Source: a bacterium
Lineage (GTDB): Bacteria; Krumholzibacteriota; Krumholzibacteriia; LZORAL124-64-63
NCBI GenBank assembly: GCA_016712675.1
Contig: JADJQR010000001.1
Location: forward strand, 3,351,056-3,415,055
Reading direction: 5' to 3'
DNA length: 64,000 bases
Below, one piece after another: positions 1 through 8,302 of this stretch. Every line of letters starts with the position of its first letter. Positions within the stretch are counted from its first letter, which is position 1. The position numbers and the translations under genes were made by a program. The notes below the pieces were generated by a model. It had not been told where the DNA came from. It saw only the letters and a list, made by a program, of their open reading frames with translations, and searched no databases.

Positions 1-852
1 TACCAGCGTCCCCTTGCGCGCCCAGTTGTGGTCGGCCAGTTCGAAGCTGAGGCCGGACGGCAGCAGCAGCCGGTTGTGGCTGCTCCCCAGGCTGGCAACG
101 CCGCCGCCCACGTTGACGCTCAGCTTGTAGGCGTGCCCCTTCTGCGTCTCGGCCCAGAACGACATGCGACGCGTGATGGCTTCCTCGATGTTCGCCGCCT
201 CGAGCAGCGGCACGCCGTGCCGAGCCGCCGCCGCCTCGATCAGGCGCCGGCCCTCGGGGCTGAGGCCGCGGCCCATGTCGTTGCCGCCGCCGTGCGTCGC
301 CGCCACGCTACGCGTCGTGAAGATCCCCGCGCGCGCCAGGACCGCTTCCATGTCCAGCCAGGTGAACTGCGGGTCGTTGGCGCCCCACATCGAGGCACCG
401 ATGGAGGTGATCACCACCGGCCGCAGCTTCATGGTCTCCATCGCCGCGTACAGGCTCACGTTCAGGGCGGGGAACGAGCCGCTGACCGCCACCGCCACCG
501 GGTCGCCCGCCTTGAGTCCCGCCTGCCGGAAGTACTGCACCAGCAGGGCGGCGAAGTTGGGGTTCACGCTGGTGAGCTTGGAGTCGAGGTCGCCGCGCGC
601 GTTCGTGATCAGGCTGAACTCGGGCCCGATCAGGCCGGTGCCTGCCGGGTCGTTGACCATGTCGACGCGCCCCTCGTGCAGGCCGCGTTCCACGCGCAGC
701 GTGGTGAACGCGCGCGCAGCCAGGCGGGACGCCTCCAGCTTCAGGTCGTAGTCGCGCTGGCGCACCGGCACGCGCGCGTACTCCAGCAGCGCCTGCATGA
801 GCAGTGCCGCCACGGCCAACCCCAGCAGGATCAGCTGCCGCCGCCTATCCAA
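1..852 (-). CDS. Third gene of the pgsB-pgsC operon: membrane-anchored protein, not CapA/PgsA-like (possibly PgsW-type); 3' end lies beyond the window start
   Basis: Hand translation of the minus strand gives a continuous frame from about 852 down to position 1 with no stop: LDRRRQLILLGLAVAALLMQALLEYARVPVRQRDYDL... ending ...PSGLSFELADHNWARKGTLV at the edge. An N-terminal hydrophobic anchor is present. Start is ambiguous (TTG at 852 or ATG at 798). It overlaps the pgsC stop by a few nt. Confidence 0.5.
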   Translation of the reverse strand, partial: MDRRRQLILLGLAVAALLMQALLEYARVPVRQRDYDLKLEASRLAARAFTTLRVERGLHEGRVDMVNDPAGTGLIGPEFSLITNARGDLDSKLTSVNPNFAALLVQYFRQAGLKAGDPVAVAVSGSFPALNVSLYAAMETMKLRPVVITSIGASMWGANDPQFTWLDMEAVLARAGIFTTRSVAATHGGGNDMGRGLSPEGRRLIEAAAARHGVPLLEAANIEEAITRRMSFWAETQKGHAYKLSVNVGGGVASLGSSHNRLLLPSGLSFELADHNWARKGTLV

Positions 853-1318
853 CCGCCAGCTCAATGAGCCTTCCTCCGTGCGCGACGATGAGCCCCAGGC
901 GCACGATGAACGACGCGACCGTCATCGTGCAGATCGTCTCGACGATTCCCTGCCTCAGCATCCAGTAGGCGATCAGCCCGGGGATGATGTAGCCGATGGC
1001 CTGCAGGACGGCGGCGTCGACACCCAGATCCGCCGAGGCATTGAACACCTTCAGGTAGCGCGTCAGGTAGCCGAACAGGTAGCCCGCCAGGACACAGAAC
1101 ACCATCGTGCGCCGCCCGTAGAGCAGGACGAAGCGCCCGATGAGCTTCACCACGCCGTAGGTGACCAGCGCCGCCAGCAGCGTGCCGATGATGCGCAGGG
1201 GCTGGTCCAGGTACAGTGCGATGTAGCCCGGCACCACGAGCCCGCCGGCCGCCAGGCCGAGGATCTCGCTGAACACGAGGCTGACCACCAGCCCCAATCC
1301 GATGCTCTGGAAGATCAC
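845..1318 (-). CDS. pgsC: Poly-gamma-glutamate synthase membrane subunit PgsC/CapC
   Basis: 157-aa polytopic protein (MIFQSIGLGLVVSLVFSEILGLAAGGLVVPGYIALYLDQP...) collinear with Bacillus CapC/PgsC; 4-nt overlap with pgsB. Confidence 0.85.
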   Translation of the reverse strand: MIFQSIGLGLVVSLVFSEILGLAAGGLVVPGYIALYLDQPLRIIGTLLAALVTYGVVKLIGRFVLLYGRRTMVFCVLAGYLFGYLTRYLKVFNASADLGVDAAVLQAIGYIIPGLIAYWMLRQGIVETICTMTVASFIVRLGLIVAHGGRLIELAVG

Positions 1319-2481
1319 GCCGCCCCGCTCCTTGCCCGCAGGTGGTCCAGCAGCGCATGGCCGATGCCCGCGATGTTGCCCACGCCCACCACCATCCCCC
1401 CGTCAGGGACGAGTTCGACCAGCCCCTGCCAGAGCGCCGGCGCGTCGAGGCGGCTCAGGTCGCTGACCGCCTCGCGCGGCAGGCCCTGACGCAGGAGCAT
1501 GTCCACGAACACGGCCGTGTCGGTGCCGATCACGACGTAGTGCGCCGCCGGCAGTTCGCGCCCGAACAACGGCGCCAGGTCCTTGCTTCGCCGCTGCCGG
1601 TCGCCGCGGTTGTTCATCAGCAGCACCACGCGCGAACAGTCGCGCTGGAGGCCGAAGCGCTCCCAGATCCGCACGTAGCTGACCGGGTCGTTCGCGGCGA
1701 ATGCGTTGACGAACTCCACGCGCCTGCCCGACTCGAGCAGCGGCCAGCGGGTCAGGGCGCCGACGTCCGGCGTCACGCCGTACATCGCCGCCAGCGCGGC
1801 CTCGCGCGCGACGCCCGCGTCCAGGCACACGGCCAAGGCCAGGGCCACGTTGTCGGCGAACTCCTCGTAGGCGAAACCGGCCATCTCGCGCTCGGTGACG
1901 TCGCCGGGGCGACACAGCTTGAACGACGTACCCCGCCCCCGCGCCACGCCCTCGAGGTAGCCCGCGTAGGCCTCCTCGGCCGTGAACAGCTTCGTCCCGC
2001 GCGGCACGGTGCCGCCCAGGCTGGCGGCCACGTCGTCGAGCGTGGGCCCCATCACCTCGAGGTGGTCCGGCCGCACGTTCGTGATGACCCCGTGTGTGGC
2101 GTGCACGATGGAATGTTCGCAGGTCCGTTGCAAGTCCGGCCTGACGGCCATGCACTCGAGCACCAGGGCGTCGCACCGCTCGGCCGCCGCCGCCCGCATC
2201 ACCGCCAGCTGCTCCCGGATGTTGGGGCCGCCGCGCCGCCGGATCCGCGTCTCGCTGCCGTCCACGTGCACGAGCGCGGCGGCGCTGCCGGTGGTCTTGG
2301 CCACCACCCGCAGCCCCCCGCCGCGCAGGCCCGCCCCGATCAACCGGGCCACCGACGACTTCCCGCGCGTACCGTTGACGTGCACGCGCACGGGAATGCG
2401 GCGACGATGGCGGCCATGGCGCCAGGTCTCCCAGGCGCCCAGGACCGTCAGCAGGCCCAGCAGCAGGGCGATCAGTTTCAT
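1315..2481 (-). CDS. pgsB: Poly-gamma-glutamate synthase PgsB/CapB (Mur-ligase-like amide ligase)
   Basis: 388 aa with N-terminal anchor and P-loop HVNGTRGKSSV typical of CapB/Mur ligases; followed directly by pgsC. Confidence 0.85.
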   Translation of the reverse strand: MKLIALLLGLLTVLGAWETWRHGRHRRRIPVRVHVNGTRGKSSVARLIGAGLRGGGLRVVAKTTGSAAALVHVDGSETRIRRRGGPNIREQLAVMRAAAAERCDALVLECMAVRPDLQRTCEHSIVHATHGVITNVRPDHLEVMGPTLDDVAASLGGTVPRGTKLFTAEEAYAGYLEGVARGRGTSFKLCRPGDVTEREMAGFAYEEFADNVALALAVCLDAGVAREAALAAMYGVTPDVGALTRWPLLESGRRVEFVNAFAANDPVSYVRIWERFGLQRDCSRVVLLMNNRGDRQRRSKDLAPLFGRELPAAHYVVIGTDTAVFVDMLLRQGLPREAVSDLSRLDAPALWQGLVELVPDGGMVVGVGNIAGIGHALLDHLRARSGAA

Positions 2482-2497
2482 CCCGGACGGCCGCCTC

Positions 2498-5400
2498 TCA
2501 GCGCACGAGCGTCAGCTTGGCGGTGACGACACCGTCCGCCGACTCCAGCCGCCCGAAGTACACGCCGCCGCCGAGGGACCGGCCGTCATTATCGCGGCCG
2601 TCCCACTGCCGGCGGCTCTCGCCGCCCGCCAGCGGCCCATCGACCAGTGTGCGCACCAGGCGACCGGCCACGTCGTACACCCGCAGGCGGGCCTGGCCGT
2701 CCCGCGGCAGGGCGAACGCCAGCTCGATGCCCCCGCGCGCGGGGTTGGCCCCGACCGCCCGCAGCGACAACCGCGCGGCAAGGCTGCCCGACAGCGCAAC
2801 CTCGCCGGGCCGGCTCTCGGACTGCCAAGGGTGGAGCGCTTTCAGGGCATAGCGCGCCGCGGCGTCGTTCGACGGCGCGGCGTCGGTGTAGGCGCGCGCC
2901 TCGGCCGGCAACGGCTCGGCCGTCAGGCGGACAACGCCGTCGGCGTCGTGGCGTTCGACGTGCCAGCCCAGGACCGGGCGCTCGTCGGCCGGGCGCCAGG
3001 TCAGGTGCACGGAACCGCCGGCCGCCTCGGCGGTGAAGGCCGCCAGGGCGAACGGCACGCGCACCGGCGGCGCGGTCGTCACGCGCACGGCCAGCCCCGA
3101 CTGCAGCGGGGCCATGCCGGCGGCGTAGTGGTTGTCGTAGGTCAGCTGGAACCCGTCGTTGCCGTCCGGCGATTCCCAGCCGGCGGTCGCGTACATCCGC
3201 AGGTTGTCGTTGTTCGAGACGTGCCGGTAGAGGAAGAGCATCTCCCCGTTGCCGTCGGGACCCGCACGCAGCGCCGGATCGTGCAGCACCAGCTGGAACG
3301 TCTGCAGCCCGAGCACCTCCGGCTGGTAGTTGGGGAGCCGGCTCCACTCGAGGATGAAGCGGCCGCCGGCCGCGTCGTGCCAGGCGTAGATGCCGTCCGG
3401 GGCCGCGCCGTTGGGCAGTTGCGCACCGGACGTCGGCGTCTCCGGGTTCAGGTTGTCCCAGAACGGCGCCACCAGCGCGTTGTTGCCGTGCGTCGAGGGC
3501 AGCGTCCAGTTGTAGAAATCGTAGCGGGTGCCCAGGTCGAACGACGCCCAGCCGTTGTCGCAGACGCGAAGCCGCGTGTAGTCCTGGCCGTAGTAGCGGA
3601 ACGTGAACGGCAGGTCCACCAGCACCGAGGTGGCCAGGTTGTCGGGCACCGAGAAGCTCAGCTTCGTGCCCGGACCGCCCAGCAGCGTGGAGATCTCGGT
3701 CCATTCGTACTGGGGCCGCGAGGCCGGGTAATCCAGGTCGGCGCTGTCGTAGGCGTAGTAGCCGTACGCGTCCGGACCACTGGGCGCGGTGACGTCCACC
3801 CGCCCCACGACGGCGGCGCAGGTGGACTCGCGCCGCCAGCCCTCTTCGGTCACGATCGTCGCGGTGAAGTTCAGCGCCGAACCGGCGGCCATCGCCGCCG
3901 GCACGGTGACCGAAAGGCCATTGCCCGTGACCACCGTCGTGCCCGGCGCGCAGGGCCCGAATGCCGCGCTGGCGCCCGCCAGCGCCGCGCCGCCGCCCCC
4001 GGTCGCGACCAGGGTGACGGTCCCGCCGGCGGTGCCGAGCGAACCGTCGTTGCGCAGCGACAGGCTCAGGGCGGTCGTCTGTCCCGGTTCGATGTAGCCG
4101 GCTGCCGCGTCCAGCGCGAACGGCTGCAACCGCGATGCCGCCACGTTGAACGACCACGCCGACACGTCGATCGCCCCGCCACGGTCGGCGGCCAGGCGCA
4201 ACGTCACCGGCGCGCCGTCATCCGCGTCGTCGGCGATCGTGACCGTCAGCGGGGTCTGCGCCTCGCCCTCGAGCCCGGCCGCGATCGCCGCGAAGGTCGC
4301 GGTTCCGGACGCCTGCGCCGGGCCGTCGACGGCGGCCGCCGTCACCGTGAAGGCGCCGCTGCCGGCGCTGCCGCGGTTGGCCATGCGCGGTGTCACGGTC
4401 AACGTCTCGCCGGGGTTGGCCACGCCTTCGGCGCCATCGCCGATGGTCGCGGACGCCGCCGCCAGGAACACGGCCGCCGTGGACGTCGGCACGCTTGTCT
4501 CCACCGGCACCACGCCGGCGCCCGACACCGTCACCTCGACGTTCGCGCCGGCGCCCACCGGCACCAGCTCGAGTCGCGCCGTGCCGAACGCGTCGGTCAG
4601 GCCGCTGCCCAGGAGCACGCCGCCCTGCGTCACGCCCACGCGCGCGCCGGCCACCGGTTCGCCGCCGCCGGCCGCCGCGACCGTCACCTCGAGGTGGTTG
4701 CTGCCGGCCGGCAGCTGGGCGGGCATGTCCGCGGTTACCGCGCGCGGCGCGCCGCGCCAGTACTCCAGCGACGGGTCGCCCAGCAGGTTGTAGATGTGGA
4801 AGTAGAACTCGACGGATTCCTCGCCATTGGTGGCGGCGTCCAGCTCGCTCGGGAAGTAGTCCAGGAACCGCAGCTTGCCCGCGTGGAGAAGGGCGCCCAG
4901 GTCGGTCACGCCGTCCTCGACGATGCGTTCGAAGACCGCGATCGCCATGGCGTCGTTGTAGCGCGTGTGGGACCAGTGCTCGCCGTTGCCGATGAACGCC
5001 ACGGCGCCCTTGCCCGCCGCCTCGGGCGTACCCTGGCGCAGGAAGGCCTCGCCGAAGCAGGGCGGACTGGAGGTGTAGTCGCCGGTCAGGCAGACGAAGC
5101 TCATGACCACCGGCAGCTTCCAGCCGTTGTTCAGCGCGGGGATGTCGTTGACGGTATAGGACGGCGGGTCCCAGCCCCCGGTACCGTAGGCCCAGCCGCG
5201 GTAGACGACCATCGAGGCGCCCTGATCGATGTTCTGCCTGATCATCTGCGCGCCCATCAGGGGGGGCAGCGGCACCGGCGAGGTGATGGCGGTCGCGGGA
5301 TCGAAGCCGATGGCCTGCAGCTGGCGGCCACAGTAGGCCACCGTGTGCGGCGGCGTCGTCGAGCCGGTCAGGCCCGCCACCATCAGCGACCTGGTGAACC

Positions 5401-6238
5401 AGGCCGGCTCGGCCGTGTACGGCGTGCGCTCATAGGCGACCGTGCGGGCCACCATCGCCTGCGCGTCGGGCAGGCTCTCGGCCGGGAACCGGCCCAGCAT
5501 CGCGTCGGGCAGGAAGTCGTCGCCGTCCAGCAGCACGTACTCCAGGTCCGAGGGATTGCCCAGGAACGTGTAGGTCGGGATGGCGCCGATGTCGCCGAAC
5601 AGGACCACGTGCTCGGGCGGGTATTCCCAGGTGTCGTAGGCCGTCTGCAGCCAGGCCTTGATGCCGGCCGTCGAGTTGCCGGTGACGTCGGTCCCGACCG
5701 TGGCCACGCGCAGGCCCTTGCGCGTCTTCCACTGCGCCAGCGGCTCGACGGCGGCGGCCAGCGCCGCGTCGTACACGATCACGTAGCTGCCGTGGCTGAA
5801 CGACGCCGTCTTGTCGGCGGGCAGGCCGGCCAGGGCCGCCTCCAGCGCCGGCGAGGCCAGGCGATGGTCGGGCTCCTCGGCCGCCCAGTTCCCATCGTGC
5901 TCCACGCGTACCTGCGCGGGACCATCGGCAGCGCCGGGCGCCGAGGCCAACAGCACCGGGCGGCCGCGCATGATCATCACGCGGCCGGGCGCGGCGGACG
6001 CCGCGCCGACGGTGCCGGATGCCACGGCCCGCGCCGTTGACGCGTCGCGCGGCAGCGCCACGAGCGTGGCGCGCCCCGCCCCTTCGACGCCGGCGGGCAC
6101 GGCCGCCAGGGTGACCAGGTCGTCGCTGCGGGCCGGACCGGTCCCGGCCGAGGACACGGAAACGGTCCCGGTTGCCGCAAGGGCGACCAGGACCGAAGCG
6201 GAGGCAAGGCGTAGCCCTTGCGGCAGGCGAGTCATCAT
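2498..6238 (-). CDS. Secreted gingipain-like cysteine peptidase (family C25) with T9SS-type C-terminal sorting domain
   Basis: 1246 aa with signal peptide; C25-like core (VVYRGWAYGTGGW, VVMSFVCLTGDY); C-terminal tail RLRVYDVAGRLVRTLVDG...WDGRDNDGRSLGGGVYFGRL...KLTLVR. Its start codon overlaps the stop of the upstream beta-helix gene. Confidence 0.75.
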   Translation of the reverse strand: MMTRLPQGLRLASASVLVALAATGTVSVSSAGTGPARSDDLVTLAAVPAGVEGAGRATLVALPRDASTARAVASGTVGAASAAPGRVMIMRGRPVLLASAPGAADGPAQVRVEHDGNWAAEEPDHRLASPALEAALAGLPADKTASFSHGSYVIVYDAALAAAVEPLAQWKTRKGLRVATVGTDVTGNSTAGIKAWLQTAYDTWEYPPEHVVLFGDIGAIPTYTFLGNPSDLEYVLLDGDDFLPDAMLGRFPAESLPDAQAMVARTVAYERTPYTAEPAWFTRSLMVAGLTGSTTPPHTVAYCGRQLQAIGFDPATAITSPVPLPPLMGAQMIRQNIDQGASMVVYRGWAYGTGGWDPPSYTVNDIPALNNGWKLPVVMSFVCLTGDYTSSPPCFGEAFLRQGTPEAAGKGAVAFIGNGEHWSHTRYNDAMAIAVFERIVEDGVTDLGALLHAGKLRFLDYFPSELDAATNGEESVEFYFHIYNLLGDPSLEYWRGAPRAVTADMPAQLPAGSNHLEVTVAAAGGGEPVAGARVGVTQGGVLLGSGLTDAFGTARLELVPVGAGANVEVTVSGAGVVPVETSVPTSTAAVFLAAASATIGDGAEGVANPGETLTVTPRMANRGSAGSGAFTVTAAAVDGPAQASGTATFAAIAAGLEGEAQTPLTVTIADDADDGAPVTLRLAADRGGAIDVSAWSFNVAASRLQPFALDAAAGYIEPGQTTALSLSLRNDGSLGTAGGTVTLVATGGGGAALAGASAAFGPCAPGTTVVTGNGLSVTVPAAMAAGSALNFTATIVTEEGWRRESTCAAVVGRVDVTAPSGPDAYGYYAYDSADLDYPASRPQYEWTEISTLLGGPGTKLSFSVPDNLATSVLVDLPFTFRYYGQDYTRLRVCDNGWASFDLGTRYDFYNWTLPSTHGNNALVAPFWDNLNPETPTSGAQLPNGAAPDGIYAWHDAAGGRFILEWSRLPNYQPEVLGLQTFQLVLHDPALRAGPDGNGEMLFLYRHVSNNDNLRMYATAGWESPDGNDGFQLTYDNHYAAGMAPLQSGLAVRVTTAPPVRVPFALAAFTAEAAGGSVHLTWRPADERPVLGWHVERHDADGVVRLTAEPLPAEARAYTDAAPSNDAAARYALKALHPWQSESRPGEVALSGSLAARLSLRAVGANPARGGIELAFALPRDGQARLRVYDVAGRLVRTLVDGPLAGGESRRQWDGRDNDGRSLGGGVYFGRLESADGVVTAKLTLVR

Positions 6239-7977
6239 CGGATCAGGCTCATCCTTCGGCTGACGAACGTCCCGTCGGTCTCGACACGGTACAGGTAGAT
6301 GCCGCTCGGCAGGGCACGGCCCTCGTCATCGAGGCCCTGCCACACGAACTCGGTGCGACCGGCCTGCGCGCGGTCCCACGTCCGGGTCAGCACGTGCGCG
6401 CCCCGCAGGTCATGGATGCGCACCGTGACCGGGCCGGCTTCGTGCAGTTCGAACCAGATCGTGGTCAGGGGATTGAACGGATTGGGCGTGTTGCCCGCGG
6501 CCAGGGCCACGACCGCCGGCAACGGCGCCGGGCTGGCGCCGCAGCCACTGGGATTGGCCCCGATCAACTGGCCGCCGCAGGGCGCTCCCGCCTGGGCGCC
6601 CGCCGCGCACGGGCTGCCCGTCGCCAGGTTGTACTCGCGCCCCGCCGTGCCGCAGAAGAGCGGGTCGGCCGAGAAGTTGCCCCCGCCGTCCACGCCGCAC
6701 AGGGCGTTGCCGCCCGCGTTGCCCCAGATGTCGGTGCACGCGACAACGGGCGTCGCCGACAGGCAATACAGGCCCTCGCCCGCGGTGGCGAAGGCGATGA
6801 TGCTGCGCTCGATGGTCGGCGCGGCCCCCCACTGCAGCGAGATGCCGCCGCCGAAGCCGTTCGCGCTGGTCGCGTTGCCGGCGATCGTGCAGTTCTCGAT
6901 GACCGGTGACGGCGTGAACGAGACGTCGATGCCGCCGCCCTCGGCAAAGAAGCCGCTGCAGGTGTTGCCGACGATGGTCACGCGACGGATCACGGGATCG
7001 CTCTGGCTGACGGCGATGCCGCCGCCCAGGCTGTAGGTACCGGCCGCGTCGTTGCCCTCGATCAGGCAGTCCTCGATGAGCCCGCCGGCCTCCTGCACGA
7101 ACGCCACGCCGCCGCCGTAGCCCAGCGTCACGTTGTCGGTGATCACGCAGTCGGTGATGGTCGGCGTGGCGCTCTGCACCGCGATGCCGCCGCCGTTGCC
7201 GAAGCTGGCGTTGATGACGTTGGCGCTGATCGTACAGCCGTCGATCACCGGCGAACACTCGGTGCGGATGAAGATCCCGGCCCCCGACGGCGCGGTGTTC
7301 TGGAGGATGCTGCAGTCCATGACCAGGGGACTGCTGCCCTCCTCGATGGCCAGCCCCCCGCCCTGCTTGGCGAGGTTGTTGTCGATCTCCAGGCGCGTCA
7401 GCGTCGGGTTCGCGTTGTTGATGCAGACGACGCCGCCGTCCTGGCAGGCCGTCACGCGGACGTCGGTCACCGCCACGGAGGCCGGCACGTTCCGCAGCAG
7501 GATGCCCGCGCCGTAAATCTGGGCGTAGGCGCCGCGCACCTGGAGGTTCTCCAGACGGCAGTTCGCCACGCCGTCGCCGAACACGCCGCGGCCGATCCCC
7601 TGCGCGTCGATGACCGTCGCGCCCGTACCGGCGCCGCGGATGGTCACGCCGGACTTGAGGATGACGCAGGCCGGCGTGGTGCCCGCGCCCTCGGTCGGGT
7701 GCGTGCAGTCGAAATAGGTGCCGGCGGCGATGCTCACAGTGTCGCCGGCGGCGGCGGCCTGCACAGCGGCGTGGATCGTCGCGTACTGGGCGGGCACCTG
7801 GCGCGTGACGGCACCGGCCGGAACGGCGGCCAGGCACACAGCCAGGCACAGGGCCGGGACGACCAGCCGGGAGCAGGCCCCGGACAGGATGGCAGGCGCC
7901 GGCGTCTTCGGCGCCGCGCCGCTGCGGGTTGCGGTATGCATCGGTGTCTTCCTTCCTGCGAGCCCGTGGGGCGACAT
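6235..7977 (-). CDS. Secreted right-handed parallel beta-helix repeat protein with T9SS-type C-terminal domain
   Basis: 580 aa with signal peptide; repeated beta-helix turns (GGGIAV, GGGVAF, GGGIDVS, ...NCTIAGN); C-terminal NPFNPLTTIWFEL...IHDLRGAHV...GIYLYRV...RMSLIR. Confidence 0.7.
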   Translation of the reverse strand: MSPHGLAGRKTPMHTATRSGAAPKTPAPAILSGACSRLVVPALCLAVCLAAVPAGAVTRQVPAQYATIHAAVQAAAAGDTVSIAAGTYFDCTHPTEGAGTTPACVILKSGVTIRGAGTGATVIDAQGIGRGVFGDGVANCRLENLQVRGAYAQIYGAGILLRNVPASVAVTDVRVTACQDGGVVCINNANPTLTRLEIDNNLAKQGGGLAIEEGSSPLVMDCSILQNTAPSGAGIFIRTECSPVIDGCTISANVINASFGNGGGIAVQSATPTITDCVITDNVTLGYGGGVAFVQEAGGLIEDCLIEGNDAAGTYSLGGGIAVSQSDPVIRRVTIVGNTCSGFFAEGGGIDVSFTPSPVIENCTIAGNATSANGFGGGISLQWGAAPTIERSIIAFATAGEGLYCLSATPVVACTDIWGNAGGNALCGVDGGGNFSADPLFCGTAGREYNLATGSPCAAGAQAGAPCGGQLIGANPSGCGASPAPLPAVVALAAGNTPNPFNPLTTIWFELHEAGPVTVRIHDLRGAHVLTRTWDRAQAGRTEFVWQGLDDEGRALPSGIYLYRVETDGTFVSRRMSLIR

Positions 7978-8076
7978 CCACCGGGCGGTGGACAGGGGGC
8001 GAACCCCGGCTTTGGATTATAGCGCATCGGGGCGGCAAGGCCACGGAGAAATTGATCGCGTCTTGGGGATAATTGC

Positions 8077-8099
8077 TCACATGACAGCCATTTATGTGA
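8077..8099. promoter_or_regulatory. Palindromic candidate operator in a divergent intergenic region
   Basis: TCACAT-N11-ATGTGA perfect inverted repeat inside the locally AT-richer 325-bp region between the divergently transcribed beta-helix/C25 operon and the large C25 peptidase gene. Confidence 0.3.
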
Positions 8100-8302
8100 C
8101 CATTGCGCGGTATTTGCTGCGGAAATGGGATAATAAAGTGAGGCTACCGAACCTCATGATCTGGTATGATCTGCGCAGCGGAATCCGAGCCGCGCCCGAC
8201 CCTGGCGCGGCTCCAGTCTGCCGGCCCCGGGATGCCCCCTGGCGGCCGGCCAGCGAGCTTGCCGTGCGGCGGCCCACGCCGCCATCGCCCTTGGAGGCTT
8301 CC

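Noticed and set aside
28-867. 279-aa plus-strand ORF at the window start
   Set aside because: It is antisense to the minus-strand third pgs-operon gene, whose hand-read translation is continuous and protein-like; the plus ORF product is Arg/His/Gln-rich low complexity.
1982-6040. 1352-aa plus-strand ORF and other very long ORFs (e.g. 8144-12340 minus, 2589-4157 minus, 6410-8080 minus, 34714-37707 plus, 42344-45298 minus, 48788-51304 minus, 19825-22356 plus)
   Set aside because: They are antisense to, or frame-shifted within, genes with clear homology. Their translations are Arg/Ala/Gly/Pro-rich low-complexity strings, typical of stop-codon-poor alternative frames in high-GC DNA.
7718-8302. 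Upstream extension of the large C25 peptidase ORF (ORF-track start at 7718)
   Set aside because: The extension overlaps the divergent upstream gene and the AT-richer intergenic region and encodes an Ala/Trp/Arg-rich string; the ATG at 8303 has a GGAGG RBS and begins a proper signal peptide.
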